Below, piece by piece: positions 18,825 to 28,120 of a stretch of 36,826 nucleotides of DNA. The DNA is taken from the sequence record SRR20825010_3190; one strand, written 5' to 3'. How positions within the stretch are numbered: the stretch's first letter is position 1; each line of letters begins with the position of its first letter. Position numbers and translations under genes: made by a program. The notes under the pieces are model-generated. The model saw only the letters and a list, made by a program, of their open reading frames with translations, did no database searches and was not told where the DNA came from.

Positions 18825-19721
18825 TCACTCCGCGATCAATTCGGCGGCGTCTCCGGCCGGTGATTCTGGTTCTGCTGAGTCAGCATCGTCGACTGGTGCA
18901 TCGGACTCTTCTGATGCACCTGTTTCGTCCGAATCGTTCTCAGGGTCCGGTTCACGCAATTGAAGGATGATGGCATCATCGACCACTTCGATCTTGTCAA
19001 ACTTTCGCAGCAATTCCGCGGTCTCGACATCGTCGTACACGTCTTTTGCAAGGTTCTGTTGTGAGAAGCCTTCCATGAATGATTCAGGGATGGGCTCGCC
19101 CTTGACGCTGGCACTGGTCAGACGGACGACCAAAACGCCGTTGTCCATCGAGACTTCGAACTCGGCATCGGCGTTGAAGTAGCGTCCTTTGCCACCGGGA
19201 ATCTTGTCGGTCGGCAAAGTGATTTGACCGTACAGTCGACTTTCTTCAATTCGCACATATGCTTTGCCTCGGAGTTCATCGTTGGCGGAGATCAATGCGT
19301 TGATCTCATCGCTGGTCAAACGCAACTCTCGAGGACCGTCGGCGGCAACGGGCAACGGGGCAGTCGTCTCCAGGTCATCATCAACGATCTCGCCATCACC
19401 GTTTGTCTCAGCGTCTTGAGAGCCTGATTTAACTTGTTCGCTGAAGGCATCAATCCGGGCCTGCAGCTCATCCAATTGTTCTTGTTCCCATTCGACCACT
19501 GGGACATTGGCGGGTCGATCGTCGGTGTACTTTTCGACCTGGCCCGTGAAGAAGTAATAGGCACCAAAGACGCTGGCGACCATCAGCACGATCGCGAAAG
19601 TGAGCGTTCCCAAGCATCCCCAGATGACACAGCCCCAGCCTGATTTTTTGACAGGTTGCGCCATGACGTTTGGATCGTTCGGCGAACCTGATTGAAATGG
19701 ATCAGTGGGATGCATCGACAT
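18825..19721 (-). CDS. Membrane-anchored hypothetical protein
   Basis: KKSGWGC followed by one TM helix, soluble domain and acidic tail; starts 2 nt after the acyltransferase stop. Confidence 0.8.
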   Translation of the reverse strand: MSMHPTDPFQSGSPNDPNVMAQPVKKSGWGCVIWGCLGTLTFAIVLMVASVFGAYYFFTGQVEKYTDDRPANVPVVEWEQEQLDELQARIDAFSEQVKSGSQDAETNGDGEIVDDDLETTAPLPVAADGPRELRLTSDEINALISANDELRGKAYVRIEESRLYGQITLPTDKIPGGKGRYFNADAEFEVSMDNGVLVVRLTSASVKGEPIPESFMEGFSQQNLAKDVYDDVETAELLRKFDKIEVVDDAIILQLREPDPENDSDETGASEESDAPVDDADSAEPESPAGDAAELIAE

Positions 19722-19723
19722 AT

Positions 19724-20329
19724 TCAGACTTCCTTGAGTTGGAGCACTGCTTGGCGAGCGCGGCGCAAAAAGTCGGCTTTGGGTTCGCCGGTTTCCAAAA
19801 AGATCGGAGCGCCGATCGTAATGCAGGAGAGCAACGGAACCGGCAGCACTTCGCCACGTGGCAAAATGCGATTCACATTTTCGATGTAAACGGGGACCAA
19901 TTCGAGGTCAGGGCGTTTCTTGCCCAAGTAATACAGGCCACTTTTAAAGTCGCTCATTTCTTCGCCAGCTGATCGGCTTCCTTCGGGGAACACGATCAAC
20001 GAATACAGGTCACCCATTTGCCGGATCATGATGTCGATCGGGCTTTTGTGGACCTTGATCTCTTTGCGATCAATCAACAGTGCATTGAAACTGCGTGCGA
20101 TGTGTTCTTTGAACCAGCTGCCGGTCCAGTAATCCTTTGCCGCGACTGGCCGAGTCAACAGACGTATTTCGTGTGGCAATGCCGACCAAAGCACCACCGC
20201 ATCGAGGTGGCTGGTGTGATTGGCAAAGTAGATTCGTTGGCACGTGTCCGGCTGGCAATCCACCCATCGAACGGTGAAGCCGCTGAACATCTTTGCGAGC
20301 AGTACGATGATATGGCTGGTCAGTGTCAT
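19724..20329 (-). CDS. Lysophospholipid/glycerol acyltransferase (PlsC family)
   Basis: NHTSHLD (HX4D), FPEGSRS, FKSG, LVPVYI motifs. Confidence 0.93.
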   Translation of the reverse strand: MTLTSHIIVLLAKMFSGFTVRWVDCQPDTCQRIYFANHTSHLDAVVLWSALPHEIRLLTRPVAAKDYWTGSWFKEHIARSFNALLIDRKEIKVHKSPIDIMIRQMGDLYSLIVFPEGSRSAGEEMSDFKSGLYYLGKKRPDLELVPVYIENVNRILPRGEVLPVPLLSCITIGAPIFLETGEPKADFLRRARQAVLQLKEV

Positions 20330-20342
20330 GCGACCAGTTTAC

Positions 20343-21575
20343 TCAGCCAACCGTTACCCTCGAAGCACCCTTGATTGGGTTGGATTGGGTTCGAGGTGCC
20401 GTTTCGGCGGAGGAAACTCGTTGGCTGGCGTGTGATTTCTCAGCAAATATTCGATGCACGAGCGTTTGGTAGCCGTCAACCATCGATTGCAGCGATCCGG
20501 TGGCTTGAACCAATTCGCGTCCGTTTCGGCCCAATTGCGAACTCTGGTCAGCATCGTTGAGCAACATATCGATCGCCGCCACAAAGGATTGCACATCCTC
20601 GCTGGGGACCAGTTCGCCGGTTTGGCCAGGCAGAACGGTCTCCGAGATCGATCCCACATCCGTTGCGACAACGGGGGTCTCACACGCGAGAGCTTCCAAG
20701 ATTGAAACCGGGGAGGCTTCGTTGAGTGAGCAAAGCGTGAAGACATTCATGGCCCCGAGCAAACGAGGAGTGTCTGCGCGATTGCCCAGCAGGTGAACTC
20801 GATCGGTGAGACCCAACTCTTCGATCAATGGTTCGATTGTTGCTCGCTCAGGACCTTCTCCGATAACAAGTGTATGAAGATCAGGATGTCGGTCGCGAAG
20901 CTTGGCTGCCGCATGCACGAGCATCGAGTGATTCTTTTCGCTTCGCAGTGCCGCCACGATTCCAATCAATGGAGTTTCTTCTGCCAGCCCGAGTTCTTCG
21001 CGAACGTTGGGTGAGGTGCGGCATTCAGCGGATGGGTGAAAGCGATCGCAATCGATCCCGTTGCGGATCACGTTCACTTTGTTAGCGGGGAACTTTTCAA
21101 ACGTACGGAGGAATTCTCCGTGTGATTCGGCAACGCCAATGAACGCATCGGTGATGTGAGTGAGCAGGCGGTTCAGTCGTCCGACGCCGTCCGGCCAACC
21201 AGTGGAATGCAGCGCTGATGCGATCACGGGCACGCCAGCCATTTTTGCCGCCAAGCGTCCCCAGAACATTTTATCTCCGGCACCAACGGTGATTACCGCG
21301 TCGGCTTTCCGTTTGCGCATCAAACGCGCCAATCGAGGTAGCACCGCGACATCGTACTTTCCGCCGATCAGGTGACTATGGATGGGAAACTCGTTGGCGA
21401 TTTCAGTTCCGAGTGGGCCTGGTTCTTTCAAGCAAACCACTTCCGGGCGGATCAGGTTCGGATCCATTCGCCGCATCAAATTGACCAGCAACGTTTCAGC
21501 ACCGCCGACCGGCATGCTGGTGATGATGAACATGCAGTTCAGTGGTCGCTGGGCAGAGTTTATGTTTGTGTTCAT
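20343..21575 (-). CDS. Glycosyltransferase family 4 (GT-B)
   Basis: GGAETLL, VIRNGID, EKNH, EASPVSILEA (EX7E), PVVATDVG; ATG 21575 overlaps the upstream stop (ATGA). Confidence 0.93.
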   Translation of the reverse strand: MNTNINSAQRPLNCMFIITSMPVGGAETLLVNLMRRMDPNLIRPEVVCLKEPGPLGTEIANEFPIHSHLIGGKYDVAVLPRLARLMRKRKADAVITVGAGDKMFWGRLAAKMAGVPVIASALHSTGWPDGVGRLNRLLTHITDAFIGVAESHGEFLRTFEKFPANKVNVIRNGIDCDRFHPSAECRTSPNVREELGLAEETPLIGIVAALRSEKNHSMLVHAAAKLRDRHPDLHTLVIGEGPERATIEPLIEELGLTDRVHLLGNRADTPRLLGAMNVFTLCSLNEASPVSILEALACETPVVATDVGSISETVLPGQTGELVPSEDVQSFVAAIDMLLNDADQSSQLGRNGRELVQATGSLQSMVDGYQTLVHRIFAEKSHASQRVSSAETAPRTQSNPIKGASRVTVG

Positions 21576-22465
21576 GAGAAAGCCAATTCGGGCTGACGAA
21601 CTCTGGCGGCAACTTCCGGTGCGATGTTCAGCACGTCTTCGGTTGGCAGAGTCGGTCGCCGCAAGTTTTTTCGGTTGTCGTAAGTCAGCCAATTGCGAAA
21701 ACGGTTGAATTCTGGATCGCCGTGAAAGCGGCGGATGTGGAACGAGTCGTCGCCGATGAGGTTGTAGGCACCGTAGGCACTGCAGATACCAACCAGCCCA
21801 CACTTACGAGCCGTTTCGATGACTGCGGGACGCATTTGTTCGGGCAACCCAAATGGAACGGCGAGATAGCGAACGGGTCGATCGATCATCTCTTCGAGGT
21901 TGAATTTTGCTTCGACGATCTCTTTGTTCAGCTCTTCAGCCGTGTGAACTCGGTTGAAGTCGACGTGGTTGGCTGTGTGCAGTCCGATCTCGATGCCAGC
22001 ATCGGCGGCCGCTTTGAGTTGCTCGACGGTGTTGATTGGCAGGGGGTGGTTCAGACGCAGGTCATGTTCGAATGGATGTCCGTGACGCACGTTTTCAGTG
22101 GTGACGAAGTAGGTGCACGGTATGCGATGACGAATCAGCAGCGGCAGAGCGAGTTCGCAATTCTCCGAGTACCCATCGTCAAATGTGAAGGTGACCGAAG
22201 GACGCGGCGAATGTCCCGACTCTAGCCGTCGCTGCACTTCTTCCAGCGAGATCAATTCAAAATTCTCGCGGCAGTAGTCCACGTGCCGCTCGAATTCACG
22301 TTTTGAAATTGTCCACGGGTTGGCTGGTTCGTCCGCAACCCGGTGGTAGAACAGCACCGACATCGGAGCTTCGCCACGCTCGCACATGCGTTGGATTTGC
22401 TTTTTTCGCCATGGCGATTGGACGGCCAGCCGGGTGGAGATTGCGAGTGAGCGGAGCAGTTGCAT
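21572..22465 (-). CDS. Polysaccharide deacetylase family (CE4/NodB-like)
   Basis: LFYHRV, TFDDGY, IGLHTANH (H-x3-H), AVPFG motifs. Confidence 0.92.
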   Translation of the reverse strand: MQLLRSLAISTRLAVQSPWRKKQIQRMCERGEAPMSVLFYHRVADEPANPWTISKREFERHVDYCRENFELISLEEVQRRLESGHSPRPSVTFTFDDGYSENCELALPLLIRHRIPCTYFVTTENVRHGHPFEHDLRLNHPLPINTVEQLKAAADAGIEIGLHTANHVDFNRVHTAEELNKEIVEAKFNLEEMIDRPVRYLAVPFGLPEQMRPAVIETARKCGLVGICSAYGAYNLIGDDSFHIRRFHGDPEFNRFRNWLTYDNRKNLRRPTLPTEDVLNIAPEVAARVRQPELAFS

Positions 22466-22746
22466 GATGAGATGGGCGGTGAGCGTGGTGGAGCAGTGGA
22501 AAACGCTACGCCGTCTTGGGGGGGAATGTGAAACCCATGGGAAACAGGTTTCAAGGTTCTGCCAGTTCGCGAATCAAATATTCCGGTTGTGCGAGCTGAA
22601 TGACCGTCCGAGAAGCGATTCAGTAGCCATCCGAACAGGTGTTGGGCGGACGTTTCGCCCCAGAACATTGGTCGTCGCCCTAGGGCATTAGTCGGCGGGG
22701 CGATTTGGCTTGTCCCGCGAGGCTGCGTTTTGTTACGCCCGACACA

Positions 22747-24498
22747 ATGAATCACACTCGACGTCCGACCGAACGCCGCCGAAGGGTCATGCTCACCACC
22801 GCCGGCGGCGACACCGGGAACACGACGGCCAAACAGAAGGCGGTCCAGCAGCAATGGCGAGAAGCTCGCCGGCCCGCTGTCGCCTACGGGTCCCGTGTTC
22901 GAAGGTGCTTGCGCGGACGTTGGTTCTCTTTGGTTCCCGTCCAACGGTCCGCGGTTTTCGGCTTGATGGCGACGGTGATGTCCGTCGCGTTTGTGCTGAT
23001 TGGATTGCACTACGCTTCGGTCGCTTGGCCGGCGTTGGCAGAACGTCCATCGGTCACGGCAGTCACTCGCATTGATGCCGTGGGCAGTCTGGGACGCTAC
23101 TGCACCAGCATGTTGATGCTGGGAATCGCGGGTGCGTCATGGTTGGTTTACCAGCTTCGACGATACCGCAACGACGATTTTCAAGGGCACTATCGGTTGT
23201 GGCGACTCGTCACCGCGATGGCATTGCTCGGCAGCGTTGCGACGATGGTTCCGCTGATCGATCTGTTGGGCGGAGTGACCGAGTGGGCTCTGGGAAAACG
23301 CGTGGCTCTGTCCGGTAGTGATTGGGTCAAGTTGCTGCTGACTGTCGGCGGGGCGGTGATGTTGTTGCGTACCACGGCCGAAATTTGGAAGCACCGTGTC
23401 GCAGCGTCATGGATGTTCGCCGGATGGTTGGCGGCGTTGCTGCCCGTTGCTGAAAATTGGAACTTGCTCGCGATTGATACACCGCTTCGTTGGACCGCGT
23501 TCACTTCCGCGATGTTGGTTGCGTCATCGTGCTGGTTTTGTGCGACCGTGATGTACCTACGAACGCTTTACATGGATGTCCGAGGGATCCAGCGTCCGGC
23601 GACTTTGGCATTCCGGGTTCGACAGGCATCGGTCGATCAATGGGAAAGTATGCGCGGGTGGACTAAACGCGAACCCAAACCACCGAAACAGGCTCCAGAA
23701 CCGAAAATCGAGAAGGCTCCGGAACCGAAACGGCCTGAGAAGCAGGTTGAAGCAAAGCAAGAGAAGCCAACGGGGGCGGATGAAAAGCCCGCTCGCAAAC
23801 GACGGTTCTGGCAACGTGCTGAGGCGTCGCCGACGAACGATGAATCACCGAGTCGTCGAGATCGAGTATCGAAACAAGATGATGAGTTGGATGAGGCTTC
23901 CAGTGAAGTTTCGCCCAATGCAGACCAGGACGATGGAGAGGTGTCCAGCAAGCGAGCTTCCAAGTGGAAGTTCTGGGGACGCAAGCGAAACGATGTGGAC
24001 TTGGAGGACGATTCCGTTGACGACAAGCCAGAGGAGGTGTCAGCCGCCGACCGCGAAGCCGATGACGCAGAACCGAAGGCGAAGCGATCTTGGTTCCCCA
24101 AGTTGAAACGCAAACCGAAAAAGAATGTCGATGATGATTCGGACTTGGAAGAAGAGCCTGCCGAGACGACTCAGGCGGACGATTCGGAAAACGAAGATGG
24201 AGACGCAACGCCTAAGAAGCGACGATTCGGATTGAAGTTTCCATCGCTGGGCCGCAAGGCGAAGAAGGATGTGACAGAAGAAAACTCCGAAACACAGGAA
24301 GAGGTCTCGGCGACAGATTTTGAAGAGGTCGCGGATTCGCGATCCAATGACTATTTGTCGTCCAACCAAGATTCCTACGACGACTCCCAGACTGATTACA
24401 GCGAGATGAATGAAGAGGACATCGATTGGTCTGGTATGAGCAAAGCGGAACGTCGTCGCGTTCGCAAACAGCTCAAACGTGGTGGCCGGGCGGCTTAA
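22747..24498 (+). CDS. Membrane protein with ~6 TM helices and a long acidic/lysine-rich disordered tail
   Basis: Hydrophobic N-terminal half; C-terminal ~290 aa rich in D/E/K/S, ending WSGMSKAERRRVRKQLKRGGRAA. Start uncertain (22705, 22747 or 22789). Confidence 0.8.
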   Translation: MNHTRRPTERRRRVMLTTAGGDTGNTTAKQKAVQQQWREARRPAVAYGSRVRRCLRGRWFSLVPVQRSAVFGLMATVMSVAFVLIGLHYASVAWPALAERPSVTAVTRIDAVGSLGRYCTSMLMLGIAGASWLVYQLRRYRNDDFQGHYRLWRLVTAMALLGSVATMVPLIDLLGGVTEWALGKRVALSGSDWVKLLLTVGGAVMLLRTTAEIWKHRVAASWMFAGWLAALLPVAENWNLLAIDTPLRWTAFTSAMLVASSCWFCATVMYLRTLYMDVRGIQRPATLAFRVRQASVDQWESMRGWTKREPKPPKQAPEPKIEKAPEPKRPEKQVEAKQEKPTGADEKPARKRRFWQRAEASPTNDESPSRRDRVSKQDDELDEASSEVSPNADQDDGEVSSKRASKWKFWGRKRNDVDLEDDSVDDKPEEVSAADREADDAEPKAKRSWFPKLKRKPKKNVDDDSDLEEEPAETTQADDSENEDGDATPKKRRFGLKFPSLGRKAKKDVTEENSETQEEVSATDFEEVADSRSNDYLSSNQDSYDDSQTDYSEMNEEDIDWSGMSKAERRRVRKQLKRGGRAA

Positions 24499-24778
24499 AG
24501 CCGTGATAATCGGACGTTGGTCTCGCCACCTGGCTTTATTCGTACGGTGCCAAGTGAAGTCGGCAGTCGGCGTTCAGCCTTTGTTGCAAGCTTGTCATTC
24601 GTGAAGGATTTTCTAGCAGCCGGCAAAGTTTGACTTCGCGGTGCAGTTTGACTGATCCGCAACATTCACCCGGTCGATAAAGACGATGTTCGCACGACCG
24701 TCGAACCAGCAGTGACTGGTAAGCCGGTCCGACGCGAGATGTTCCACGTCTTTCAGCCACGGGTTTGTCTTCGCCGCT

Positions 24779-25669
24779 ATGTCGGAGCAAGAGTCCACGA
24801 CCGAATCCGTTCTTCGCATTCAAACTGCGAAACCGGAGATCCCGATCGATACGCCGATGCGGCGATGGATCATGCAGTGGGGAACCGCTGTGGTTGGTGG
24901 AGTCACCGCGGTCGGTGATTTGGCGATGTTCACATGGCAGATGTTCGTGTGGATGTTCACGCGAATGCCGCGACGCGACACGGTCTTGGTCAATTTCTAC
25001 CAGGTTGGCGTGTTGAGCCTTCCCGTGGTGGCGCTCACCGGATCGTTCATCGGAATGGTGCTGGCGGTTCAGAGTTACTACCAGTTTCACACCATCGGAT
25101 TGGAAACGCATCTCGGTGTCGTGATCAACACCTCGTTGGTTCGTGAACTCGGACCGGTGTTGGCGGCGACGATGTTGGCCGGGCGGGTCGGTGGCGCGAT
25201 GGCGGCGGTTCTGGGAACGATGCGTGTGACGGAACAAATCGATGCGCTGACCACGATGGGCGCCGACCCCATTCATTATTTGGTCGTGCCGCGATTCATG
25301 GCGTGTCTGTTGTTGATCCCAGCACTGACCATCGTGGCGGACTTCATGGGAATTGTCGGCGGGTATTTCTACAGCGTCATCATTCTCGGAATTGACCGTG
25401 CCGCCTACCTGCACCATTCGCGTGAAGGCGTGGTGGCATTTGATTTGTTCAACGGAATTTTCAAGAGCATTTTCTTCGGTGGCGTGATTGCAATCATCAG
25501 TTGCTATCGCGGTTTCAATTGCCAGCCCGGGGCGGAAGGCGTTGGGAAAGCCGCAACAGAAGCGTTTGTGTATTCGTTCGTGATGATCCTCGCGATTGAC
25601 CTGTTCTTGAACATCGTTTTGGACTGGGTGTATTTCAGTTTCTACCCGGAAGGCACGAGTCTGTTTTAG
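24779..25669 (+). CDS. mlaE: MlaE-family ABC permease
   Basis: RELGPVL, AGRVGGAMAA, MRVTEQIDAL, PIHYLVVPR, GAEGVGKA. Confidence 0.93.
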   Translation: MSEQESTTESVLRIQTAKPEIPIDTPMRRWIMQWGTAVVGGVTAVGDLAMFTWQMFVWMFTRMPRRDTVLVNFYQVGVLSLPVVALTGSFIGMVLAVQSYYQFHTIGLETHLGVVINTSLVRELGPVLAATMLAGRVGGAMAAVLGTMRVTEQIDALTTMGADPIHYLVVPRFMACLLLIPALTIVADFMGIVGGYFYSVIILGIDRAAYLHHSREGVVAFDLFNGIFKSIFFGGVIAIISCYRGFNCQPGAEGVGKAATEAFVYSFVMILAIDLFLNIVLDWVYFSFYPEGTSLF

Positions 25670-26553
25670 TGAGCGATTCCAACCCACCGATCGATCCATT
25701 CGAGCAAGACTCATCCGAACCGCGAGCTGAAGAATCAGCCGTCGCGGTGGCGGAGCGTCCATTGGTCGAAGTCGAAAACCTGGAAGTCACCTTTGATGGC
25801 CAAACGGTCTTGAAGGACATTGATTGCCAAATTGAACGCGGGCAAACCGTCGCCGTGATCGGTGAAAGTGGTTGCGGCAAAACCGTATTCATGAAAACGA
25901 TCGTGGCGTTGGTGCAACCAACCGTCGGGCGAGTGAAGTTTGACGGTCAGGACTTATCAGGACTGAGCCCAGCGGAGTTGGCGGTTGTTCGTCGGAGATT
26001 TGGTTTTGTGTTTCAACACGCCGCGTTGTTCGACAGCATGAACATCTTCGACAACGTTGCATTTCCGATTCGACAAAACGAAGAGGGTGTCGATGAAGCC
26101 GAGATCAACGATCGAGTGCGTCAGCACATCGGCGAAGTCGGATTGCCCGAAGAAGTGATTTACAAGCGTCCGGCTGAGTTGTCGGGTGGGATGCAAAAGC
26201 GTGTCGGGTTGGCTCGCGCGTTGGTGCTGCGTCCGGAATTGGTTGTTTATGACGAACCAACCACCGGGTTGGATCCGATCATGAGCGACGTGATCAATGA
26301 ATTGATTTTGAACACACGCCGGATGTATCCGGTGACAAGCATCGTGGTCACTCACGACATGCACACCGCACGCAAAGTGGCTGACCGAGTGATGATGTTT
26401 TATCCGCGACGTCGGCTTGAACCCGACCAATCGCAAGTACTTTTTGACGCTCCACCGAGCCAACTTGAGCACGCCGAAGATCGTCGTGTTCGCCAGTTTG
26501 TGCGAGGGGAAGCGGGGGATCGCATCCGCGAAATGTCTCAGGGGATGGGTTGA
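25669..26553 (+). CDS. mlaF: MlaF-family ABC ATP-binding protein
   Basis: GESGCGKT, FQHAALFDSM, LSGGMQKRVGLARAL, YDEPTTGLDPI, VTHD; overlaps the mlaE stop. Confidence 0.93.
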   Translation: MSDSNPPIDPFEQDSSEPRAEESAVAVAERPLVEVENLEVTFDGQTVLKDIDCQIERGQTVAVIGESGCGKTVFMKTIVALVQPTVGRVKFDGQDLSGLSPAELAVVRRRFGFVFQHAALFDSMNIFDNVAFPIRQNEEGVDEAEINDRVRQHIGEVGLPEEVIYKRPAELSGGMQKRVGLARALVLRPELVVYDEPTTGLDPIMSDVINELILNTRRMYPVTSIVVTHDMHTARKVADRVMMFYPRRRLEPDQSQVLFDAPPSQLEHAEDRRVRQFVRGEAGDRIREMSQGMG

Positions 26554-26556
26554 ACC

Positions 26557-28089
26557 ATGGATGACAGCAGACTTCGTTTTGGTGTGGGCGTGCTCGTGAT
26601 CGCGGCGATTGGAATCGCGGTGATCCTCACGTTCTTGTTTGGTGCGTTCCCGGCGATTCTCAATCGCGAGTACACATTGAACGTCTATTTCCCGTCCGCC
26701 GATGGGATCAACATCAATGCGCCGGTGTATCGCGACGGCGTCAAAATCGGACGCGTCGATGACATTTGGTTGCAGGAAGAAGGGGGCGTGAGGCTCATCC
26801 TCTCAATGGACGAGAGCGTCTCGATGACGCATCAATACATTCCTCAAATTGGCATCGGGTCGCTGATCACCGGGGACTCCAAGCTGGAGTTTCGCAAAGC
26901 GGACCGGCGTGAATTGGTTGGGTTGTTTGATGACAATCCTGACTTGATCGAACAGCCCTACACCGATGGAGAACTGTTCGACTATGGGAAAAAGTTGGAA
27001 GACCCGTTCTCGTTGATCTTTGGGATGGAAGATGAACTCGTCTCCACCTTTCGAAGCGTTCGTGGAGCCGGCGATGCGATTCAAGACATCGGCAGTGATA
27101 TCAAAGGGTTGGTTCGCGATGTTCGAGGCGTGATCGGGCTGAGTCCAACTGCACCGGTGTCGTCGCCATCGGTTCCGATGGGTGGCTTTCCTCAGTCGAT
27201 GGCACCCGCACCAGCGTGGGCTCGGCCGATCGTTCTGGCGAGTCATACGAGTCCGCAGGACGGTGCGTCGAAGGGTGTGATTCAACAAGTTGCGATGCAA
27301 CAAACATTGCCACAGCAAGGCATGCAACAGCCAACACTTCCTCCGCAAGGCTTCACGCCACCCCAAGAGTTTGGAACTCAGTTGGGGACACCACAACCCG
27401 CACAGCCAGGCATGCAGACTCCACCAACGATCACTCAGTTGGCCGGGGATGCATCACAAGCGGTCAAGGAGTTTAGCTTCTTGGTCCGCGACATTCGGTC
27501 AATCATCGGCGACCCTCAAATCCAACGAAACGTGAGTGATACGGTTGATCGATTGCCAGGTGTTTTAGACGAAGTCAAAGTCACGCTCGAAGACGCTCGC
27601 GAAACATTCGAGACCTTCCGAGAAGTTGGCGGGCAGTTCGAACAAGTTGGGATCGTCGCTGAAGATGCCGTTTCGCAAACCGCGAATGAATTGCAATCCA
27701 CGCTTCGCAGTGTTCGATCGACAGCAAAGAGTTTCGAGGGCACGGCAGAGAACATCGAGGCCTTCACTGAACCGCTGGGTGAACGCGGTGGTGAGTTGAT
27801 CGAGGCAGTGTTGGTGAGCTTGGCCAACGTCGACAATGCGTTGGTGCAGTTGGATACGTTTGGTCGAACGCTCAACAGCAGTGATGGAACCGTTCGCCGT
27901 CTGCTCGAGGATGATGAGCTGTTTTACCAAGTCCAACGTACCGTTCAGAACATCGAAGCGGCCTCGGCACGTTTGCGTCCGATTCTCGATGACGTTCGCG
28001 TCTTCTCGGACAAGATCGCTCGTGACCCAAGGCAATTGGGCGTCCGCGGTGCGATCACCAACCGTCCCAACGGAATGGGTTTGAAGTAG
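26557..28089 (+). CDS. MCE/MlaD-family protein with long helical C-terminal region
   Basis: N-terminal TM, ADGININAPVYRDGVKIGRV MCE motif, helical tail with GTVRRLLEDDELF. Confidence 0.9.
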   Translation: MDDSRLRFGVGVLVIAAIGIAVILTFLFGAFPAILNREYTLNVYFPSADGININAPVYRDGVKIGRVDDIWLQEEGGVRLILSMDESVSMTHQYIPQIGIGSLITGDSKLEFRKADRRELVGLFDDNPDLIEQPYTDGELFDYGKKLEDPFSLIFGMEDELVSTFRSVRGAGDAIQDIGSDIKGLVRDVRGVIGLSPTAPVSSPSVPMGGFPQSMAPAPAWARPIVLASHTSPQDGASKGVIQQVAMQQTLPQQGMQQPTLPPQGFTPPQEFGTQLGTPQPAQPGMQTPPTITQLAGDASQAVKEFSFLVRDIRSIIGDPQIQRNVSDTVDRLPGVLDEVKVTLEDARETFETFREVGGQFEQVGIVAEDAVSQTANELQSTLRSVRSTAKSFEGTAENIEAFTEPLGERGGELIEAVLVSLANVDNALVQLDTFGRTLNSSDGTVRRLLEDDELFYQVQRTVQNIEAASARLRPILDDVRVFSDKIARDPRQLGVRGAITNRPNGMGLK

Positions 28090-28120
28090 ACCGATTTTCA
28101 GAAGCGGTCAATCGAGCGTC

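Noticed and set aside
24536-25762. 408-aa minus-strand ORF
   Set aside because: Antisense shadow of mlaE, with H/R-rich composition and no motifs.
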